A DNA stretch of 64,000 nt from Callorhinchus milii (lineage: Eukaryota). The position numbers were made by a program, and so were the translations under genes. Location: the NCBI RefSeq assembly GCF_018977255.1, contig NW_024704743.1, positions 110,300,001 through 110,364,000 of the forward strand, given 5' to 3'. This document shows positions 1 through 12,400 of the stretch, piece after piece. How positions within the stretch are numbered: the stretch's first letter is position 1; each line of letters starts with the position of its first letter. The notes under the pieces were generated by a model, which was given only the letters and a program-made list of their open reading frames with translations, did not search any database and was not told where the DNA came from.

Positions 1-450
1 TCCTTGTGCCAACTCCACACTGAGCAGCCTCGCCATCCTCGCTGCCCTCCACAGTGGCCAAGGATAGACACTTTGACTCACATTGTTAGAATCCCGCTTA
101 TTCATTACCTTTTTTCCCATTATCTCCCGCTTGTGGGATTCAAACAATTACGATGCCAGTACCGGCACAGCCAGACCCGAGCTCCCTTCCTCCCCATTAG
201 ACTAAACTTGACAATCATTCTGTAAAGAGCTTTGACACTTGGGAAGAGTTCCTCCTTCTCCATTTCAGCCTTGAGTCCCTCCCTGGTCACTAGTTGGTCA
301 ATAGTTGGTCATTCGACATCCGACAAGCGCAGGTTTGAGCTCTCACTAGGTGGGTATCAGGAACTCCCTGCAAGCTTCCCGATTGGCAAATCATGAAATG
401 CATGACAACATTGCCAACATCATCCTGTCCACAGCTCTGGCAGACATCCC
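1..450 (-). mobile_element. Decayed 3' fragment of the non-L2/non-CR1 non-LTR retrotransposon found at 29.6-31.2 kb (Cys/His knuckle region)
   Basis: 290-445 aligns by eye with 29630-29785 (TAGTTGGTC..TTCGA..GACAAGC..GGTTTGAGC..CCTGTCCACAGCTC). The minus strand reads DVCQSCGQDDVGNVVMHFMIC. Confidence 0.6.
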
Positions 451-1261
451 TTCCTCCCTCCTATAGCACTGCACTGGACTATAACCCAGCAAAGCTATAA
501 CCCAGAACTCTTCTGATTTAGAAACCAGAGTGCTACCCACTGAGCCAGGCTGGTGTAAAATTAAGGGCTTCTGTTAAGAAATACCACAAATTGCACCTCA
601 ATATCATTAGGTACAGAAAACTATAGGGAAAAAGGTGGAATTGTGTGTGTCCAATGTGTACCAGCCACTGATCCCTTAGGAAAATGTAATCTTTTCTGGT
701 TAGTTTTATTGATTTGGGCCTCGAGCTTTTAATGCACAATTTCAACGGGAGATTGGAAGAGTGGTGATGGATGGTATGTGCTTTCATTGCCCCAGAGGCC
801 ACTTCCAGTGGTGTGGCAAGGACCAGACACATGGGAATAACAGATAAGGATGAGCCTTGCATTTGATTCAGTGATTCATAACATCATAGGCTTAATCAGG
901 TTGTGCATTTGCGGATGAAAGCAGCAGCTAATTAGCACAAGGGCAATGTTATCATCCACAAAACATACATCAATGCACCTTAGAGTATATTCTGTGAAGC
1001 GCTTTGAGAAGTCTCGAAGATGTGATGAGGCGCTATATCAAATGCAAGGATTATTATTAGTGTGTCACAAACAGCCATGAATGATCAATTTTTATCTGGA
1101 TGACTGTTGGCCAGGACCATGTGAGAAAAACTCCCTTCTATCCTAATTGTATAATGGGATTTTTAACATCCAGCTGAACAGGCAGTCAGAACTTCTTTAA
1201 CATCAAGTTTAACATCTTGGATAAAGGACAGCAGCACTGACAATGCACTCTCAGCAGTTCT

Positions 1262-2475
1262 CTCACACCTCGCCCATCCTCACCTGAAATGCCAACTGTG
1301 AGGCGATGCTGGACTTCCTCGAATTCAAGGTTTAAGGGATCTGCTCAGCTGCCTCTGCCCATCCATCTACTACCCCCTCCCTATCTTCCCTTCTTACCCC
1401 GGCCCCTACCCATTCCTCCCGCCACACCTTCAAACCTGTCTCCCACTCCTCTCTCACCACCACTATAACCCGCATTAAACCGACCACATGCTCCCTCGAT
1501 CACATCCCTACACCTCTCCTTACCTCCCAGTTCCACTTCCTTGCTCCTCTACTCACAGACATCATAAAGCTCTCCCTGTCCACTGGTACTGTCCCCACTC
1601 CATTAAAAATGGCTGTCATCATTCCTATCCTTAAAACACCCTCCCTGGACCCAGCTCTACTCTCAAACTACCGCCCCACCTCCAATCTCCCTTTCCTCTC
1701 CAAGGTCCTGGAATGAGTTGTTGCTTCCCAGCTTCACTCCTTCCTCTCCTGCCACTCCCTTCACGAATCACTCCAATCGGGTTTCCGTGCCGCCCACAGC
1801 ACAGAAACATCCATGGTCAAAGTGACAAATGACATTCTGTCCATCTGCAACGTGGGCTCCTTCTACCTCCTCATCCTCCTTGACCTCTCTGCTGCCTTCG
1901 ACACCGTTAACCATTCTATCCTCATCCACTGCCTCTCCTCTCACCTCAACCTTCACAACTCTGTCCTTGACTGGTTCAGATCGTACCTCTCGCACTGCCT
2001 CCACTTCTTCCCCACAAACGGTTTCCCTCTAGTCCCCGCACCGTCTTGTGCAGCGTTTCTCGGAGCTCTGTCCTTGGTCCCCTCCTCTTCAATATCTATA
2101 TGTTCCCTCTTGGTGACATCCTCTGCAGACATGGGGTCAACTTCCACATTGCGGATGATACTCAACTATACCTCTCTGCCTTCACCCTTAACTCCATGAC
2201 CACTGCTGTCCTGACAGAATGGCAGCCAAACATCAAGTCGAGGCTCTCCTGATTGGCTCCCAACAGCACCTCCACACCTCAGGCTCTGACAGCATCACCA
2301 TCATGGATGCACATTCCACCTTACTAAGCCAGTCCAGAACTTTGGGTCTTGTTTGACTCTCAACTATCCTTTCTACCCCACATCCATCCCATGACCCACT
2401 CTACCATCCCCCACCTCCACAACATCGCCCGGCTCTGCCATTGAGTCACACTGCAGGCTGCCAAAACCCTCATAC
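1262..2475 (+). mobile_element. Older L2-clade LINE, ORF2 RT region, frameshifted (left part; continues at 3780)
   Basis: Translates to [50 protein letters not shown] and ADDTQLY, with stops and frameshifts. Confidence 0.92.
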
Positions 2476-3779
2476 AACAACAACAACAACAAGATTCCAT
2501 TTATAGAGCGCCTTTCACGTCAGGAGGACGTCCCAAGGCGCTGCACAGTTGGGTCATGACCCGAGCAGGGGGGAAATGGTCAGGGTGAGGGGAGGGAAGG
2601 GAGGGAGAGAGGAGGGGGAAATGGTCAGGGTGAGGGGAGGGAAGGGAGGGAGCGAGGAGGGGGAAGAGAGTCGAGAGGGGAGCTGAAGGCACGGTCAAAG
2701 AGAAAGGTTTTGAGACCGGCCTTGAAGGAGGAAAGGGAGGAAGCAAGGCGAAGGCACTGGGGGATGGAGTTCCAGAGCCTGGGGGCTGAGAGGCTGAAGG
2801 CCCGACCACCGATGGTAGGGCGGTTGGGGCGGGGGACGTGGAGCAGACCGGAGCCAGAGGAACGGAGGGTACGGGCAGGTAGGTAGGGGGATAGTAGGTT
2901 GGAGAGGTAGGAGGGAGCAAGGCCGTGAATGGCCTTGTAGGTGAGGATGAGGATCTTGAAATCAATCCTCTGGGGGATGGGGAGCCAGTGGAGGCGAGCG
3001 AGGGTGGGAGTGATGTGGTCCCGAAGCCTGGTGCGGGACAGTACACGAGCTGCAGAGTTCTGAATGACCTGCAGCTTGTGGAGGGAGGTGGCGGGAAGGC
3101 CGGCGAGGAGAGAGTTCCCATAGTCCAGCCTTGAGGTGACAAAGGCGTGAACCAGGGTTTCAGCGGCGTGAGGGGTGAGGTAGTGCCGTAGTCTGGCGAT
3201 ATTCCGGAGGTGATGGAAGGCGGTGCCAGTTGTGGTGCGGATGTGAGGGAGAAAGGACAGCTCAGGGTCGAACAAAACGCCGAGGTTCCTGACTGGCTTT
3301 GAGAGGTGGAGAGTGCAGCCTTGGATGCTGATGGTGTCAGCGCCTGAGGTGCGGAGGCGCTGACGTGAGCCAATCAGGAGGGCCTCGGTTTTTCGCACGT
3401 TGAGCTGAAGAAAGTTGTCTCTCGTCCAGGACTCGATGTCGGACAGGCAGGCTGTCAGGACATCGGTGGTCGTGGAGTTGAGAGTAGAGGAGGAAAGGTA
3501 GAGTTGGGTGTCATCCGCATACATGTGGAAGTTAACCCCATGTTTGCGGATGATGTCACCAAGGGGGAGCATATAGAGGGTGAAGAGGAGGGGACCGAGG
3601 ACAGAGCCCTGAGGGACACCACATGAGACAGTACGGGGGGTGGAGGAGAAGCCATTCGTTGAGACGAAGTGAAGACGGTGGGAAAGGTACGACCTAAACC
3701 ATTCAAGGACAGTGCCTTGAAGGTTGAGGTGGGAGGACAAGCGGTGGAGTAGGATAGCGTGGTCGACCATATCGAATGC
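2476..3779 (-). mobile_element. Young 5'-truncated L2-clade LINE inserted antisense into the older L2
   Basis: Uninterrupted RT C-terminal ORF, a 3' stem-loop GCGCCTTGGGACGTCCTCCTGACGTGAAAGGCGC and a (TTG)n tail. It is flanked by a CATACA direct repeat at 2471-2476 and 3779-3784. Confidence 0.95.
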
Positions 3780-3785
3780 ATACAT
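2625..3785 (-). CDS. L2 ORF2 reverse transcriptase, C-terminal ~385 aa (5'-truncated; the apparent ATG comes from flanking DNA)
   Basis: Motifs [45 protein letters not shown] and LHWLPI..RIDFKIL. No endonuclease domain is present. Confidence 0.9.
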   Translation of the reverse strand: MYAFDMVDHAILLHRLSSHLNLQGTVLEWFRSYLSHRLHFVSTNGFSSTPRTVSCGVPQGSVLGPLLFTLYMLPLGDIIRKHGVNFHMYADDTQLYLSSSTLNSTTTDVLTACLSDIESWTRDNFLQLNVRKTEALLIGSRQRLRTSGADTISIQGCTLHLSKPVRNLGVLFDPELSFLPHIRTTTGTAFHHLRNIARLRHYLTPHAAETLVHAFVTSRLDYGNSLLAGLPATSLHKLQVIQNSAARVLSRTRLRDHITPTLARLHWLPIPQRIDFKILILTYKAIHGLAPSYLSNLLSPYLPARTLRSSGSGLLHVPRPNRPTIGGRAFSLSAPRLWNSIPQCLRLASSLSSFKAGLKTFLFDRAFSSPLDSLPPPRSLPSLPSP

Positions 3786-4335
3786 GCATTCATTACATCC
3801 AGGCTTGACTATGCAAAGTCCTTGCTTGTCAGCCTCCTCATCTCCTCCCTCATAGGCTGCAGATCATCCAGAACTCTGCAGCCCGGTTCATCTTACACAC
3901 CACGCTCCGTGACCCTATCACCCCCTTCCTTGCCCAACTCTACTGGCTTCCCATCATGCAGAGGATACAGTTCAAGATCCTGGTCCTCACCTTCAAAGCC
4001 CTCCATGGCCTTCCTCCCCTCTACCTCTGCAACCTCCTAAACCCCTACCATCCTGCCCACTCCCTCGGCTCAGCGGACGCCAGCCTGCTTCACATCCCCC
4101 ACCTCACCACTCTGCCCCTACCCTCCGGAACTCCATCCCACAGTCCCTCCATCTCGCCCCCTCCCTTGCCTCCTTTAAGACCTATCTCAAGACCCTCCTC
4201 TTCAACAGTGCTTTTGAGCACTCTGCTTACCCCCTGCCCTCCAGCTCAAGTCCGAAACACTGATTGTCCAGCGCCTTGGGACATCCTCCCAACGTGAAAG
4301 GCGCAATACAAATGTAATTTTGCTGTTGTTGCTGT
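3780..4335 (+). mobile_element. Older L2 LINE, right part with 3' end
   Basis: Resumes the reading [14 protein letters not shown] across the insertion and includes QRIQFKILVLTFKALHGL. Ends GCGCCTTGGGACATCCTCCCAACGTGAAAGGCGC...TGTAATTTTGCTGTTG. Confidence 0.92.
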
Positions 4336-4839
4336 AAAGTAAATTATTATTAATCATCCACTTCCCCTCCCCTCCATCCCCACAGCTGCAGCTTTGGGAA
4401 AATAGTTTACTCCATTAGAGCTTTTAAAAATATGTCGCTGCTACCATTGTTCGAGGCAAGAGAAGATTAAAACTATATTTTTACACAACATTTTGGGACT
4501 GTTTGAAGCTAATTTTACAGGTTACCAGCTGAGTTAAACTACTATGAGATCATCAAATCTGTCTTTCTCCCTTAAGTCTCCTTCCTTGACATTCTTGATC
4601 ATTGGGACTTGCCAACCAAAAATGCTGGACTTAATTTATGACTGCCAAGCATAATGACCATATATTTGTAGAAAAATGCGCCAGGCTTTTTTTCCACAGA
4701 ACAAGCTCCCAAAAATACTCCTCAAAAGTGGATGACCAATTTATCTGGCTCATTGTTGTCCAGAACACCAGGAGACACCTCCTTGTCCTTACAAATGGTG
4801 CCATGGGATCTTTAAGGTCTAGGCTGAGACCCCACGCAT

Positions 4840-5145
4840 TGTCGTAGGTACCGACATCAGATGGGATGTGAAAAAGATGTCATGTCAGCTTGTATCAGGT
4901 GAACATTAATGATCCCATGGCGTTATAAGGAAAGAGAAGTGAGTTTCTCCCGATGTCCTGGTCAGCATTCTCCCAGATTAGCTGGCCACTCATCTCATAG
5001 GTGTCCAGTAGGGCAAAGAGAGGTGGGTGCCTTGTTGGGTTGAAAACGGCTACCGTATTTCCCTAAAATTAACAGTCACTACAGTGATCCCTTGTGAAGC
5101 TCCATGAATCATTTTGATGTGGTAAGGTGCTATAAGAATGCAACA
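4840..5145 (+). mobile_element. Degenerate Deu-domain SINE (SacSINE1/AmnSINE1-like)
   Basis: CAGGTGAACATTAATGATCCCATGGC...GTTTCTCCCGATGTCCTGGTCA...GTGAAGC...GTGCTATA, matching other copies in the window. Confidence 0.6.
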
Positions 5146-5489
5146 CCTCTCATTCGTGTTCCACATCTGGTTATTAGTTTAGACAGAGGGTTGGATCCTA
5201 TCTTTGCCTGTTAAATAAAGGGGTGCGTTCTTTTTATTTATTCAACCTTCAAGAGTTTAGATTGATGGTGCAATTCAAGCCTTGCTGTTAAGCATTTTAT
5301 CACAGATTAGTCACAGATGTTTAGGATGGGAATGCAAGGACAGTATTGTAACCTTCCTCTTTCTTGTGTGTGTGTGTGTGTACATTACTCTGTCTCATCA
5401 ATTTTCACAAGATCACGAGAGAAGTTTGGATGAAAAGGCCCGTCGGTCAATTTGATCGCATTCTTCGAGAAAACCCACCCTATTGCAAA

Positions 5490-5785
5490 AGGGATTAAGG
5501 GATAGAGGATAAGGCAGGGTTAGGTTATTAGCTGGAGTTAGATTAGAAAATCAGCCATGATTGAATGGCGGGGCAGGCTCAAAGGGCCGAATGGCCTACT
5601 CCTGCTCCTCCATGTTATGTTATGTTATGTCCTCTCCTCTCATCACATCATCAAGGTGTTTCTTAAACAAGTCCCAGCTTCCTAGTCTCAACCACCCTTT
5701 CTGGTGAACCCCTATTCCAAGTTATTTGCTCTCCAAATAAAGAAATACTTCCTGGTGTCTGGCCTGAAATGACTGGGTCTTATAA
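5490..5785. mobile_element. CR1-clade LINE fragments: 3' tail on + (5490-5630) and ORF2 C-terminus on - (5640-5785)
   Basis: ATCAGCCATGATTGAATGGCGGGGCAGGCTCAAAGGGCCGAATGGCCTACTCCTGCTCC followed by (TTATG)n. The minus strand reads FRPDTRKYFF. Confidence 0.8.
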
Positions 5786-5789
5786 TAAA

Positions 5790-6098
5790 ATAATAATAAT
5801 AATCCTTGCATTTGATATAGTGCTTTTCACGTCTTCTAGACGTCTCAAAGTGCTTCACAGAATATATTGTAAAGTGAATTGACTGTACATTTGTGGGCGA
5901 AATGCAGCAGCCAATTGCGCACAGCAGTGTCCCATAAGCAGTCATGGATTGAAGTGACCAGTTCATTCTTGTTTTGGTTCTTGAGGGATTATTATCAGGC
6001 ATGTGGAGGAAGGAAACTTGCCCAAGATTTCACCCTGCCGGGAATCAAACCCAGGTCTCTCGCTTGCAAGGTGAGTACCCTAATCACTGAGCTACAGG
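5790..6098 (-). mobile_element. tRNA-derived SINE family B, short variant
   Basis: Head CCTGTAGCTCAGTGATTAGG...GACCTGGGTTTGATTCCCGGCAGGG with A/B boxes, a Deu-like 3' body and a GCAAGGATT(ATT)n tail. Confidence 0.85.
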
Positions 6099-6870
6099 TT
6101 TTCTTGTTCTATCTCTGAGTTGTCTCTTTTAAAAGTTGTGCTGTTGTTGTTGTTGTTGTTGAAGAGCCCTAGCTTGTTTCTCATAGCTCATTCCTCTAAC
6201 ACTGGGGATCATCTTTGTTGCTCTCCACTGCTCTCAATGGTAAGCATTGCAGTTTTAGCTGGTTACACTCCAGCAGTACCCCAGCACACACACTGGGATT
6301 CCCAACTATCAGATTCAGGTAAGCAAGAGCCAAGGCTCATGGACATTAACCCTGCCAAGAGTGCATTAGGGGTAATTGCTGGAATCAGGGCTTTGACTTA
6401 CAGGGTTAACAAGAGGCAAGTGGGAAGAATCCCAGCACCAGTGTTGAAGGGTTAATAGAATTTGCACATGTAGCCAACTGATTGAAAATCGGAAGAAGAA
6501 ATTGTGCTGGCTTTTCTGTGGATATCTCACAGCAGGTTATAATATAAAGGATAACAGATGAATGGAGTGATTACGGGAAAATAATCTTATCAAGGGAGTT
6601 AGACACTATCAAACTGCAGGAACAGCTTCAAGTAGCTAAGTTGTCATTATATCTCTGAATTCGTTTTTCATGCCAATTGTTCCCAAAATCCATTACTTTT
6701 TAGCAATTTTTCTGTGTATTTATGTGTCTGTCTATTATAATAAATAATCATTGCCTTTGATGCAGCTCCTTATTGAAATGCCTCAAAGTGCTTCACAAAT
6801 TCTATTGTAAAGTTCAATGACTGTGTATTTGTAGGTGAATGCAGCGGCTAATTTGTACAAAGGAATGTCA

Positions 6871-7058
6871 AACACAAACTCACACACACGCACACAAACA
6901 CGCACACAAACGCGCACAAACACACACACACACATAAACATGCACCCACATGCATGAACATGCACACACATAAACACACACACAAACCCACACACGTGCC
7001 TGCAAACGCATATATTTACACATGCATTCACACTCAGAGGCACACACACACACATAGA
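6871..7058. repeat. Degenerate (CA)n microsatellite
   Basis: CA-rich run seen directly. Confidence 0.9.
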
Positions 7059-7377
7059 CACTATTTTTCATAACACAGAGCAGTTTTGTGGGAATAATAT
7101 TAAAGGACAACTCAGTAAAACAGGCAGTAGCTACACGGGCACAATGGGCCAAATGGGTCCCTTCTGTGCTGAAAGCATTCATGTTATTTATAACAATATA
7201 TTATTTATGCCGTATCAGTTCAGGATTTTAATTTCGACTCCTCACTTAAGTGGAAAGTGGATTTAATGAGCAGTGGATAACTGGAAGGTAACACAGCCCC
7301 CCATAGGTGAGGGCGATGACATTGCAGTTCTGTGGCACAATAAGAATGGTTCAACATACAGGGTTAACCCAATATAA

Positions 7378-7986
7378 ATCTTGTAGTTCAGTGGTTTCAG
7401 CACTCGCCTCGCAAAACAAGAGACCTGGGTTTGATTCCGGGCTGGACAAACGTTGGGCAAGTTTCCTTACTCCACATGCCTATTTACCTAGCAGTAAGTA
7501 GGAACCCAGTTGTTAATTGATTGACGGATCACTTTCTCGGGGTAATAATTCCTTCAAAAACCATAATAGTGAAATAATAAACTGGTCACTCAATCCACGA
7601 CTGGTTAGGAACATAGGAACATAGTAACAGGAGGAGACCCTTCAGCCCTTCGAGCCTATTCCGCCATTTAATTAGATCATGGCTGATCAGTACCTCAACT
7701 AATCCTTTCAATTCTAATTTCCTGCTTTCTCCCCATATCCCTTAATACCCTGATCTACCAAAAATCTATCAACCTCACTCTTGATCCATCCACAGCCTTT
7801 TGGGGGAGAGAATTCCAGATTTCTACCACCTTTTGGGTGGTTGTGAGACACTGCTATGCAGAATTGGCTGCCACGTTTCACCCACAAAATATACACTCAA
7901 TTAACTTTACAGTATATTCTGTGAAGCGCTTTGAGACGTCTCAAAGACATGATAAGGAGCTATATCAAATGCAAGGCTTATTATTA
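7378..7986 (+). mobile_element. SINE family B (long variant) interrupted by an antisense CR1 3' fragment at ~7607-7836
   Basis: Head and middle at 7378-7606. The CR1 tail (AGGAACATAGGAAC...TAGATCATGGCTGATC) follows, then the SINE body resumes TTGTGAGACACTGCT and runs to TTATTATTAT. Confidence 0.85.
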
Positions 7987-8104
7987 TGCCCAGATAAGGC
8001 ACTGCTGAACACCATCACGCATTGCTGTAGATGAGTGAATTTCTCAGGAAAGTCAAGCGAGAAGAAAAGGAGGAGAGAAACAAAGTGAAACAAAGTGGGC
8101 GTAC

Positions 8105-8435
8105 TCTGCATAGCTGGAGGTGCCATCTTTCAGATGAGATGTTAAACTGTGGACGCATCTATGGCTGTTCAGGTGCGCATTAAAGATCCCATCGCATTAT
8201 TTGAAAAGAGAAGGGAACATAGGAACATCTCTCTCCTGCTGTCCTGGCCAACAATCCTCCAAATAAAATTAGTCAATCGCTTCATTGGCTGTTTGTGGGA
8301 CATTACTGTGTTGCAAATTAGCTGCCGTGTTTGCCTACATAAAAGACAGTCACTATCTTTTATAGTGAAATCCTATGAAGAACTTTGAGATATTTCAATG
8401 ATGTATTATATGTAAAGATTATTATTATTATTATT
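8105..8435 (+). mobile_element. Deu-domain SINE, 5'-truncated
   Basis: GGAGGTGCCATCTTTCAGATGAGATGTTAAAC...AAAGATCCC...GGCTGTTTGTGGGAC...(ATT)n. Confidence 0.8.
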
Positions 8436-9064
8436 GCTAAAGATCTCAAGTCTTGACACACGATTCGAACCCAAAACTCTCACAACACAAAGGCGAGAGA
8501 GATACCAATTGAGCCGAGCTGAGAAGCTAATGCAAGGAAGCTTTCAGTCTCAGCTTTAACAGTCTGTAAGATACTTATCACCTCCTCCTTCCCCCACTCC
8601 ACCCGCCCCACTCATCTCCAATATAAAATCTGCCAAGTTTCATACTGTGACAACATTCTTTTAAATGCAAATGCTGGAGTATCTGTGAGCTTCAGATGGT
8701 TGTAGAATGCACTCAAGCATCGAGAGGAGCTATAAATCGCAGTGCAGAATATTGTCTCTTACATCGTAATCACAGGGCTTTGCTCGTTAAATCTAAATTT
8801 TGTTTCCAGAATATTTTTCCAATAACAACGTCAATGACAAATGCTGCTGTTTTCCAACATCCCATCCATGCCCAAAGTTCAGCTCATCAGTGGGCAGGTC
8901 GCACTGCTTCATAACAGCTTAGAAAATAAATTGTTTTAATTCTGCACCTGTAACAACTCAAAACATTTCACATTGCTGGTACATGTAGTGACTGCATTTT
9001 GCATTCAAACGTGGCAGCCAGTTTGTGTACAGCATCATCCCACACAAACAGCCATGAATTGAAT

Positions 9065-9490
9065 AATAATGAATGGTAACAATCCTTACATTTGATATAG
9101 AGCCTTTCACATCAGGAAAATGTCTCAAATTGCTTCACTGGATTTTTGTTGTAATGTGTAATGACTTTATAGTCAAATAAGGCAGCCAATTTGCTCCCAG
9201 CGATGAAGCAAGTGATCAATTTTACCTGGGGATTGTTGACCAGGACACCAGAAGAAACTCCCTTCTCTTTTTGTGAAGTAGCATTGGATCTTTAACATAT
9301 ACTTGAACAGGCAGGTGGGAACTTGGTTTAAAATTTCATCCGAAGAACAGCATCTCCGACAACACAGCACAACCCCAACACAGCACGGGATTGTCAGCCT
9401 AGACTGTGAGCTGAAAGTTCCAATGTGGGGTTTGAATCCACAACCTTTTGACTCAGAGACGAGAAAGCTACCGAGTAAGCCAGGCTGACA
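9065..9490 (-). mobile_element. Deu-domain SINE with tRNA-like head, near full length
   Basis: Reverse complement of the head GCCTGGCTTACTCGGTAGC..TCTGAGTCAAAAGGTTGTGG, plus the Deu core and tail. Confidence 0.75.
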
Positions 9491-12400
9491 GGTTAATATT
9501 TAACTTTCACCTGAACCGGACAGGTTTAACATCTCATCTGACAATGCAGTGCCTCTTGGGTACAAAAGTTGTGGGTTTAAGATCGATTGTCTGGTCTATT
9601 CCTTCCAGTCTAGGCTGACACTGCAGCGCAGTACGGTGGGGGTGGGGCAGCGAGGAGGGTCAGTGCTGCATTGTACCATCTTTAAATTGGAAATAAAACA
9701 AGTTTGTTAATTCTCGCCGAAGTTCATCATCAAGTACCTTCCCAAAACTAATGGAATAAAAATAATCTGCTGAAGTCTATTTAACTTCACCACCAAAAAC
9801 CTCGGCCCTTTTTTAAAACAAAATTGGAACCGCATTGAATGTACTTTTTTGACGCTCTTCATGCCCAGTGTATTATTTTTTGCAACACATCTGTTCCCAG
9901 AGGATAAGAGAGGAGCTGCTAATACTTGCCCATTGCAGTCAAATGCCTGCCTGTAGCTCTGCCTTTTAACTGACAGGACAATATTAATCATGTTAACGTA
10001 TTAATATGTTCAATTATTGCCATTGCCAGGCAGTGCTGGCTTCAAGCGTCCACCATTAATTGAGCAGATTAACCTCTCGGTCGTGTGAGTCTCCAAATAC
10101 TGTTTCGTGAGAACATGTAAATTGCCATCAACACCTCTCTGTTCTCAGATCTCACATGACTAGGTCCTAGCCTTCCACTATAAAACCCAAATTCCCTTAA
10201 AAAAATAATAATTAGGTCACTCAATCCACAACTGTTTGTGGGACACTGCTGTCCGTAATTGGCTGACACGTTTCACCCACAAAAAATACAGTCAATTCAC
10301 TTTACAGTATATTCTGTGAAGCACTTTGAGACATCTCAAAGACATGATAAAGTGCTATATCAAATACAAAGATTATTATTATGTCTTAAAATGTAATACG
10401 ACAAATCTGTGGCAAATCTGGCCTTGGGTTGGAAGCCAGTTGTTTCTTAAGACTCTGCGGGGAAAAAATGCTTCCAAATTAAAGTTAGGTTTGAGAATTT
10501 TCCACCATTCTGCCCACATCTTACCCTTTAAGTGTCAGCCTGGACCAATGGGTAGCACTCTTGCCCCTGAGTCAGAATTTATTTCAAGCGCTCTAGGATG
10601 CCATCCTGCATGGGGTGGGAGGTTTATATAAATGCAAATTGTTGTTGTAAGAATGTACTTAACTCTCACAGTCTAGGCAATACTCCAATACAGTGCTGGT
10701 GGGGGGAGAGGGAGGGGCACTGTTGGTGATTGGTGGTGTCGCCCTTTTAATGAGACTTTAAGTCATTTAATTACAGTCACTAGACTTTGCAGAGAGGGAG
10801 TTTTTCCCTTCACAAACCTAGGGGACCAGTCAGTCCTTTAATTATCACAAGGTTACCAAATTAAATGTGGCGTTAATTAACACCATCCGCTGTTAACGCG
10901 TGACAATGAGGCAATTTTCACCACTGTTATAAATATTTGGAAGGTTAAAGGGGCTGATAAAAGTGTAACAGCCTGAACAAAGGCATCAGAATGAAAGAGT
11001 TGGAAGTTATATTAAATGGTTATGAAAGTAGAGGATCATTATGCTTTATGACTGTTATAAAGGTTCTCATGCTCCTGCCAAATCAGTTTCATGTCACCTT
11101 GACAACACGAGAGAATCACCCTGATGGGAGCAATGTGGACGAGGGCACAGTGGTATACTGTGAAGCAATATTGGATTGTGTCCTCATTGGAATGCTGGGG
11201 TGGGAGGCTGATTTGCAGGGCACAGATTTGGCATAAAACCTTCACACATTTAACAGCTTTGTTTTGGCTTAAACAGGAGGTTGGGATCCGGGCAGTGATT
11301 GGCAATCATAGCCGCCATTCAACAACAACAGCATTCAACAACAACTTGCATCTATATAGCGCCCTTCATGTGGGGCAGCATCTCGGACACTTAGCTCCAT
11401 TTACCTGGATATCAGGCTCTGAGGTGGTTAGTATCGGGAGCTAATTCACAGGGGCGCTCGGGAAATTTCCTGATTTCCCGTATAGCCAGTCCATCCCTGT
11501 TTTCAATGAATCAACATTTTAAAACTCTAGTTTTGGAGGTCTACAAACCCAAGTTTCAGAATCGAGTTGACCCACTGTGAGGTGAGATAGGGTGGGGGCA
11601 GGGGGCATTGGGGCTGGCGGGGTCTCGGTAATCTGGTTCCTGAGCCAGGTAGGTGCTCCGGATTCCAGGGCACTGCTGATGACCAACCAGCTAGCCTGAC
11701 TTGCCGTTTTCCTAGAAATAAGAAGTCACTGCCCTTCATCAAGAAATCATAGAATGTTCCATGAAGTGCTTTGAGATGTATCATTTAGTTATCTCCTGTT
11801 AATCCACCAAATGTGTGGGGAGTGCTTTCAACGTGATGTGTAACTCGGGGGCGGAAGGTGGACAAAAGCATTACCCAACTCTGTAACTGACTAGAACATG
11901 AAAACCTTATTAAATTGTAAGCCAATTATTAAGAGCCAAATGCCTATTTTATTTGAACAAGTCTTTTCAATAAAATGCCTTTCTGAAGGCTTTCTGACGT
12001 ATATGAATAGCCTTCGTGTCGATGTGACAGAGGCTCCTTAATGTCTCCATTAAGAGATAGTGAGCCTCTGAGCATTCAAAAGAAATACATTGTATGTCAT
12101 ATAATAATCAGCCAGGATAACTTTCTGACGAACATCAACGTTAAATGTCTCACTGTGTAATTTGTAGGCAAACATGGCAGGCGGTTTGCACTCAGCAATG
12201 TCCTGCTGATGGCAATGAAGTGGATAACTGATTATTTCCAGGGATTCTTAGCCAGAACATCAGGAGAAATTCCCTTCTTTCAAACAGCAGTATTGGTCAC
12301 TTCAATCTCCGACTGTTTGTGGGACCTGCTGTGCGCAATTGGCTGCCGCATTTCACCCACAAACTATACAGTCATTTCACTTTATAACATATTCTGTGAA

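Noticed and set aside
2501..3373. 290-aa Ser/Pro-rich ORF overlapping the L2 RT
   Set aside because: This is an alternative frame of the C-rich L2 coding strand, where stop codons are scarce for compositional reasons. No domain was recognised.
6783..7182. Cys/Val-rich ORFs
   Set aside because: They are translations of a (TG)n microsatellite.
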